The position numbers and the translations under genes were made by a program. From Tubulanus polymorphus (Eukaryota > Animalia > Nemertea): a stretch of 64,000 nt of DNA. Positions within the stretch are counted from its first letter, which is position 1; each line of letters starts with the position of its first letter. The DNA lies in assembly GCF_964204645.1 (NCBI RefSeq), contig NC_134028.1, positions 2,418,001-2,482,000 on the forward strand, read 5' to 3'. The notes under the pieces were generated by a model, which had not been told where the DNA came from, searched no databases, and saw only the letters and a program-made list of their open reading frames with translations. Of the stretch, positions 55,696-64,000 are shown one piece after another.

Positions 55696-56958
55696 GATGA
55701 AGCTCTTACCGTTCACAGTCTAGCGGCCAGGAGAGGAAATTTGTAAATTGTGCTCGCGACAAAATGTCTGTTGGACGACCTCTTCGCAGGGCAGGGTGAA
55801 TGCAAACACGCGTCGCGTTGCAGTTTTTCAATATTTAGAATACACGTGTTTAGATGGCAGACGATGCAAGTAAAAATGCGCGTCGTGTTATTGACCGGGT
55901 CGAGTCTGCCCATTTGCCACGACTGTGACTGCGACGACACAGCTCTTGATTCTAACTCCGATACAAGCACCGGACCCGGTTATTAGGCTATTCGCCGAGT
56001 AAGAGACGTATATATAATCGAAATAAAGATGCAGCCTGTGCTTCTAGTTGACTCCTTATGTTTTACCGAATCAAATTTTTAAAATCGTTCCCTTGACCTT
56101 AATGGGAAACCCTACTCCTAATCATGTTCTCGGAAGAAGCGGGGCAAATTGAGCTGGAGTTTATTTGAATATATATGTTTTGTTCTTCTTTTAACTTGTT
56201 CATCTACGTCATCAACCTAGATTTTTACGGTGCAGAAACTCGTTTTATTGCTTACCCGATAAATAAAAACCGATGCATGAAAGCGATTGTCTCACATATT
56301 GGCTTTCTATATAAGCATATGTGAACTATGTATAATTTTTGCTAGTTTTAAATGTTGCTCGTCCTGCAATAGATTTCCAATTAGAAATTTTGTGATTAAA
56401 CGATTTATTTGGATTAGCGTTATGATTCCGTCCTCATGTCGAACAACATCATCTTATTTCACACCAGGGGGGTTTGTGTTTATTTTACGACAAATTGATC
56501 CTCCGCAAATTAATATCAATTTTTTGGTAGTGAAATCAGTCGCTCTGGCAAACATGACATCACGGTATCAAATAAACAACATTGATCGAACTAAATACAA
56601 CCAATGATTAAGCGTGTTTGCGATGGATACACGTCCATCACCTCATTCAAATAAATCTAAAGGATTCAACAGATTAATGTATTTTACCGCTGAATAGAAT
56701 CTGGTCAACACTGTTGCAATGCTTCTAAAAACTTAGATGGATATCAAATGGAACTTGAAACATATCTATTGTGATAACAAATTCTACATGCTGTATTATT
56801 TTTCATGACGTTTTATGGCTCCACATTAAGCCGCGAAGAAATTAAGAGAAAATTCTAGCGTTGTATCCACATAGAGTGTCATTTGTAGTGATTTACAACG
56901 AAATTAATAGATAATGAACGCAGGTTATCTATGAAAGGAGCATCTATGAAAAGCACAT

Positions 56959-57436
56959 TCAATGGGCCACAGTTGTCGCAATATTCGGAGATGTGTTCGG
57001 CAGCGAACTGCCCGCCGTGGCCATTTCAGCTTGCTTAAACTGTATAACGATTACCAGATACGTAAGTAATGTGCCAATCAACTGCAAGAGAAAAATACCA
57101 ATATTTCCGTTAAGTGTCCTGCAGAACAGTCATTGTACTGAGGATAGCTATTCATTGTTGAAAGTGACGAACTAACCGACAAAATGAAGTCAGAATCGAC
57201 TGTGTACAGACCAAATCCTGTAAAACCGATGGCTGGCCCTTTCAGCTTTTGCAGGAAAACCATCATCTTCAAATAAACAAATATTACTGAAATACGCGTA
57301 ATTATTCATCTCCCGTTGAGGAAAAACTTGGTATGTGTTTAGTCTTAACTAAACTTGACTAGACTGCTATACTAGACTATCTATCTTTGTAATCATTATT
57401 ATCTGTGGCATTTGCTTTCTCCATATTTGTAATCAA

Positions 57437-57471
<35 letters not shown>

Positions 57472-57496
57472 CAATCATTATTATTATTATTATTAC

Positions 57497-57529
<33 letters not shown>

Positions 57530-57550
57530 CATTATTATTATTATTATTAC

Positions 57551-57590
<40 letters not shown>

Positions 57591-57832
57591 GATTAATATT
57601 ATTATTATTATTATTATTATTATTATCATTATTATTATTATTATTACTATTATTATTATCATTATGAGTATCTTTACCTAAATTGCTGAAATATTAATGG
57701 TTATAGTATATTGCCGTAATTATGATTATCATTGTATTTGTATTTGTATAAGTTATTGTTGTCATCATTATTAGAATTTGTATTATTATTATTATTATTA
57801 TTGATTAGCATTACATGTATTATTATTGTTAG

Positions 57833-57896
<64 letters not shown>

Positions 57897-59446
57897 GATT
57901 AGCATAATTATTATTGTTAGCATTAAGATTATTAATAGCATTATTTATAAGTATCACTGCACATTCCCCTGCACTCTGCACAAGGTTCCAGCGCCTTAAT
58001 TTTATGTACAGCCTGTTGGCTTGCACTGGATACCTCGTAACCGATTTACGAAAATAAATTATTATTATTATTATTCAAATAAAAATGTTAACAATGCTTT
58101 GTTTCATATACGTTAACAATGCTTTGTTTCACATACGAGAAACAAAAGAATAGATAAATTTGGAACATCCATAACTCAGCATCAGTAATAATCACTACTC
58201 CTCCTACCTCGTTCGCGTCTTCGGTGGACAGTTTACCAGCATCTATATTATACAAATCATCAAGCGGCTCATGTGCCTGGATTTAAAAACATACGCGCAT
58301 TCATTTACATTAAAAAACCACAAACAGCTAGAATGTATTTCTACTTGAATCAAGGATCATTTGATACCGAAATATGTGCTTTAAGAGTTGACATAAAAGT
58401 TTTGCGACGTAACATCGAAATTTCTACTTTATGCAGTTCCCTACCTTTAGATTTACTTGTAAGCCACAAGTCGTTATGATAATCATAAACAGAAACGATG
58501 TTATTATAAATATCATCAAAGTCGCGATGATCTGCGTCTGTTGGAATCCTTGTTGAATAACCTCGTAAACTGACAAGCAAATATTCACTAATGCCGCGGT
58601 AAACCCTGCCCCGACATACACCGAAAAACAACTGCGCCCGATGCTAAAACATCGATATATCAACGTGTGCCATTTTCTGAAATAGCCGACACTGCGCGAT
58701 TCGTAATCGACCTCTCTTCGTCCAGTGATGTGGAAATCGGCGTCCGTAAATTCTTTGATGTGTTTATTCAGGTGAACGAACTCCTTGGTGACGTTATACG
58801 CAAACAGTATGAAGAAGAATTCGGTAGTGATTGTCGGAAAGAAGCTAAAAATTTGAAACGCGGCAAATAGCGGTAGGAAATACGACAGGTTTTCATTATC
58901 AAGCGAAACAGGAGATATGTACTCGGGTATTGAGATTAGAAGTTCTTTGGGTATGGTTATACCGACAGCGGCATAGCAAATTTGGTAAAGTCCACCAAAT
59001 ACCAACGCAGCGCAGGCGCCGTACGAAAACCGCCGGGTGATGGCGAGGTGACGTTTTTCAACATCTTCGAAGTCAATTTCGTTTTGTTTGTAGTTTTGAA
59101 TCTCTTGCCATCTCGCGCAGAACTGTTGAATTGATCGTTTTCTGGAGGCATATAAGACGATCAGCTGGCAGGTAATGGGTATGAACGAGTAAGAACCGTA
59201 AATGACGCGCGCGACTGTCGAGCCTTGCGAATAGCGTTGCATGTTTTTGTCGAAAGAAACCGAAATGGCGCGTAAAATGTTAAACGAGTTAATACTGAAC
59301 GCGAAAGCGCAGTAAAACTTGTGAAAGATGGTGATTTTCGATTTGGAATCGGCATCGTACCAGCAACCTGACAATTTTAAGCATATTATCAATGGTCGCC
59401 ACGCAACCCAAAGGGTATTTCGATGAATATCCTCACTGACTATCAT
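56959..59446 (-). CDS. Gustatory receptor-like (GRL/7TMIC) protein, type B copy 1, ~427 aa; exons 59446-58445, 58276-58208, 57266-57177, 57081-56959
   Basis: Same exon layout as type A (69-nt and 90-nt internal exons, phase 0). Motifs: MMVFLQKLKGPAIGFTGFGLYTVDSDFILS/LIGTLLTYLVIVIQF and N-terminal WRPLIICLKLSGCWY. Confidence 0.88.
57437..57900. repeat. (ATT)n microsatellite array in intron 2 of GRL type B
   Basis: Long ATT/ATC/ACT runs at 57437-57665 and 57780-57897. Confidence 0.95.
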
Positions 59447-60173
59447 TATCACAAATATCCGTTACGCCTCTTTATACGGTGTGCAATTAACTGCATTCTC
59501 TGTGAAAATGTCTGATTATGAGGTGCTCACAATTTGTCAACCAAGTTGTAATCGAAAATGTGTTATTCGCGCAACATCCATTACGCGAGCATAACTTTTT
59601 TGCGTTTATTGATCAAAGCATCCGGCAAAATTATGGTTACCCGGTAATGCTCGTTGTGTAAGGAAAACCATTAAACAATGTTGACTTGTCAAACAGAACT
59701 GCCTGTCCCTGCAACCACATAGTGTTGAGAATATTAAAACCAGTGATGGCTTTATTGCGAATGAAACTGTTACAGCATCAATATCATTGTCAATACTTAA
59801 GTTGGTAGATTAGACTTTGTGTTTATTCAGAAGTTTTGCCAACACCGATTTCCAGATAACGAATCCTACAGGGACTGCACATAGTATAATGACTCATTCA
59901 CCTGTAGCGAAAGCTCGTGCGTCAAATAAATAGTTAACTTATAAAGTATATTACTCGTCTAGTTATTTGTACATCATAGATCATATAGATTAAAGTTGAT
60001 GAACTAAATTTAGTGTAGTTGTACAAGAATCATAATCAATGAACGGCATAATGACTTAATAGTTCTAATTGATGATATTCGTCTAGTATATTCATTATTT
60101 GATTTTTCAATGATTATTTTGAGATTATAAAGTTGACACAGAAATCTTAAGGCGTTGCGAAGGGGAACGCATT

Positions 60174-61779
60174 TCAGGACAAGGTGCTGTTTGAACACTC
60201 TGAGTTCGGTCCGCTATTTTCAGCCTGTTTGAACTGTATAACTATGATGAGGTAGGTAAGCAACGTGCCAAGAACCTGCAAAAATAGATTTGAGCAAAAA
60301 CTAATTCCACAGTTGTGTTTTTACATTCATTCCAAGCGGAAATTACGTGGATGCAAAACATAGGCATATAGGCATCAACAGCATGGGACGAGAGGAAGTT
60401 ATCCCTCACTTTATATTTACCGACAGAATGAAATCGGCATCAATTACAAAGAGTCCCAATCCACTAAATCCAATCGAAGGGCCATTTAAACGTTGCAGGA
60501 ACATGATCAACTAAAACCGGAAAAAAATATACATGAGACTTATTTAGAAGTTATTTCTTTGGCGATACAAGAAAACTACAGACTTATTTACCTCATTTGC
60601 ATCTTTATCTGATAATGTATGTTGATCAATGGTATAGACCTCTTCAGCAGGGGCATGAGCCTGTTGACATAGATTGAATGTATTTTTGTAACACCGTTAT
60701 AGGTAACCAATCAGAATCGTAAGCAGGAACAGTCTTACCTCATTGTTAACCATCAAACCAAGTATAGTTAGACATAAAAGACATATAATTGATGCCAATA
60801 ACCACATGATTAACGTCATCAAAACTTCGATTTTCACATATCCCTGTTTGATAATGTCGTAAACTACAAGACATATCATCACTAACGACGACACGTAACC
60901 AGCCACGATATAGAATGAGAAATAACTGCGTATCGGTTTCAGAAATTCACAGATTTTTGTGTGCCATCCTCTGAAATATTGTGAGGATTTACTGCTATCG
61001 GGCGACGATATTTTACCTTCACGAATCGAGTCTGTTAGACGCGCGTTCAAATTTGCGAATTCCTGTCGGACGAGATTCGCACAAACGATGAATAACGGTA
61101 CCAAAGATTGCGTAGCGAGGTTACTGGCCGTCTGAAGAACAGTAAGAAATGGAACGAAATACGGTAAATTCGGGTCGAGGATGGATATTGGAGAGATATA
61201 CTCGGGCATCGATGCGAAATAAGAACTCGGCATTAGAGCACCAAACACACCCGCTGATATGCTCGTCACCAGAAGGCATATAATACAACCGGACATGGCC
61301 TTTACCCATTTTCTTGTAGCTAGAATAAGACTTTCATCCTTGTCGTCATCGTGTTTGTGATTATTCAGTTTCGTCCACAAAAGGCAAAATTCCTGAAACC
61401 AGCATTTCTTTGCCGCATAAATCAACGCGATATGAACGGCCAGCGACAGCAACGAAAACATTCCGAATATGAACTTCATTCCGAATGACCTGTCGGTTCC
61501 AGCCCATAATCTCTTGTCAACATGAACCAATAATGCCCTCACAAAATTTATAAAGCTTATAAAAACTGCCGTGAAACAGTAGATTTTGTGAATTTTCCCG
61601 GCCATAGTGCAAGTCATCGTCTCATCGTACCAGGTACCGCATACTTTCATACAAATCATCAACGGCCGAAAACAAATCCACAGACGGTTTTCAGCGATTG
61701 TTTCGGCAGAATTTGACGGCGATCTTAACGGACCCACTTTTGTCGAAATCATGATGAAGTTTCTACCATGTCCCGTCAT
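60174..61779 (-). CDS. Gustatory receptor-like protein, type A copy 2, ~424-433 aa; exons 61779 (or 61752)-60739, 60660-60592, 60510-60421, 60275-60174
   Basis: Close paralogue of 53722-55695. All splice sites and the reading frame are intact, and TYLIIVIQF is present. Confidence 0.88.
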
Positions 61780-63005
61780 CCAGTTAGAAGAGGACGTTTG
61801 TAAATGATGCTCGCGACAAATAGCAGTTTGATGACCTCATCGTATAGCAGGATGAATGTAAACACGCGTCGCGATGTTTGCAGTTTTTTGATATTCAAAA
61901 TACACGTGTTAGATGGCAGACGAAATGCGTGTCGTAAAAATGCGCGTCGTGTTATTTACCGGGTCGAGTCTGACTTGTGACGATTACCGCTGATTTACCA
62001 GTGGTGACACAGCTCTAACTACTAGCACCGGTACTAGCACCGGACCCGACTTAGGCCTTTCACCGAGTAAGAGACATAACTGTAACAATTCATACGAAAA
62101 TATATGGTCTTTTTACGGTACGAGAAAATATTGCGTGGAGAATCATCACCGGATGTTTTGGGAATTCTTTCCACAGCAGTGATATATTCATTTTACCAGA
62201 ACCCTGGAATATCAAAACAACCGTTTTACCGATCCCGGAGCTTCAGTCCATGCTTCTAGGGGACTTCGGATGTTTTACCGAACGGAATTCGTTAATGGTT
62301 CTCTTAACCTTAGTGGAAAATCCTTAATCTTATCCTTTTCTCGGGAGAAGCGGGTTAAGTTGAGCGGGACATTTGTTCGGATATATCTGTTTTGTTCTTC
62401 ATCTACGTCATCAACCTAGAATTTTACGGTGCAGAAACTTGTTTTATTGCTTACCCGATAAATAAAAGCTGACAGCATGAAAGCGAATGTCTCACATTTT
62501 GGCTTTCTATATAAGCATATGTCAACTATGCATAATTTGTGCTGGTTTTAAATGTTGCTCTTCCTGCAATAGATATCCTATTAGAAATTTTGTGATTAAA
62601 CGATTTATTTGTATTAGCGTTATGGTTCCGTCCTCTTGTTGAACAACAATCATCTTACCCCACTCCAGGGGGCTCTGTGTTTTTTTTTACGACAAAACCT
62701 GCGCAAATCGATGTCAATTTTTCGATGGTGAAATCAGTCGCTCCGGCAAACATGACAACATTGCATCGAATAAACAGATCTGAGCGAAAATTGCTCGAAC
62801 AAACTAAATGCAATTAATGATTAAGGGTGTTTGCGATGGATACACATCATCACCTCATTCAAATAAATCTAAAGGATTCAACAAATTAATGTATTTTGCC
62901 GCTGAATAGAATCTGGTCAACACTGTTTGTTAGCGAATCATTAACAACGTTTTATTGCAACGCTGCTAAAAACTTAGATGGATATCAAATGAAACTTGTA
63001 GAACT

Positions 63006-63264
63006 CGTAAAACCGTAAATGACGCGCGCGACTGTCGAGCCTTGCGAATAGCGCTGCATGTTTTTTGTCGAAAGAAACCGAAATGATGCGTAAAATGTTA
63101 AACGAGTTAATGCGGAAGGCGAAAGCGCAGTAAAACTTGTGAAAGATGTTGATTTTCGATTTGGAATCGGCATCGTACCAGCTAGCTGATCATTTCAAGC
63201 ATATTATCAATGGTCGCCACGCAACCCAAAGGGTATTTCGATGAATATCCTCACTGACAATCAT
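63006..63264 (-). pseudogene. Truncated type B GRL pseudogene (5' ~85 codons only)
   Basis: Aligns to 59185-59446 but has an in-frame TGA (63192-63190) and an extra base in a homopolymer run (~63061-63066). It is then fused directly to sequence matching ~56730-56757, implying a ~2.4 kb deletion. Confidence 0.85.
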
Positions 63265-63909
63265 TATCACAAATATCCGTTAGCTATAACGCCTCTTTTA
63301 TGCTGTGTAAAAAACGGTATATTCAGCGTGCAAATGTCTGATACTTTTGAAATAGTCAAAATTTCTCAACCATATTGTAATCGAAAACGTGTTAATCCGG
63401 CAACATCCATTAGGCAAGCATAACTTCATTTCCGTTTTCTGATCAAAGCATCCGGCAAAATCGATGTGCACGGTAATGTGCGTTGTTTAGGAATATCATT
63501 ACACAGCGTTGATTTGTTAAGTACATAACTACCTGTCCCATGACATGTAAAGTACGGAGGATTTAGCCAGTGATGGGTTTATTTGCGAATGAAAACTATT
63601 ACATCGTCAAGATCATTGTCAATATTATAGTCTTAGTCGAATCATGGACTCTGTGTTTATTCTGAAATCATTGCCAAACCAATATCCCGATATACAATTC
63701 CGCAGAGACTGCGCATTATAGTGTGACTTACTGTATTAAACTAGATTTTATGTAGTTGTACAAGAATCATAATTAACGATTGTTCTAACTATAACCAAAT
63801 AACATAATACTTATCTAATACACTTCTATGATTATCTGATTATTAAATATTCTGAGATTAAAGTTGATACAGATATATACGTATATATTGCGAAGAGTAA
63901 ATCGCATTT

Positions 63910-64000
63910 TCAGGACAAGGTGCTGTTTGAACACTCTGAGTTCGGTCCGCCATTTTCAGCCTGTTTGAACTGTATAACTATGATGAGGTAGGTAAGCAAC
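63910..64000 (-). CDS. Last exon (partial) of a third type A GRL copy; gene continues beyond the window
   Basis: Near-identical to 60174-60264; encodes LLTYLIIVIQFKQAENGGPNSECSNSTLS-stop. Confidence 0.8.
   Translation of the reverse strand, partial: LLTYLIIVIQFKQAENGGPNSECSNSTLS

Noticed and set aside
57471-57662. Poly-Ile/Asn ORF
   Set aside because: (ATT)n microsatellite.

Overview
AT-rich, intron-containing eukaryotic genomic DNA, most likely from an invertebrate animal (lophotrochozoan-like is an inference). Most short ORFs in the track are noise. Reading splice sites by hand gives: the 3' eight exons of FOXRED2 (+, first exon not found, probably upstream of the window); a complete ~16-exon FAM149B1-like gene (+) with alternative 3' ends; TRMT10C/MRPP1 (+) tail-to-tail with TACO1 (-); an intronless divergent class A GPCR (+); and a tandem array of gustatory receptor-like (GRL/7TM ion channel) genes on the minus strand, arranged as repeated A-B pairs. 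The array holds three apparently intact genes, one deleted and frameshifted pseudogene, and the last exon of a further copy at the window edge, with signs of gene conversion. Introns carry mini- and microsatellites, piggyBac-like and Harbinger-like MITEs, a tRNA-derived SINE and foldback hairpins. All calls come from manual reading; no database searches were run.
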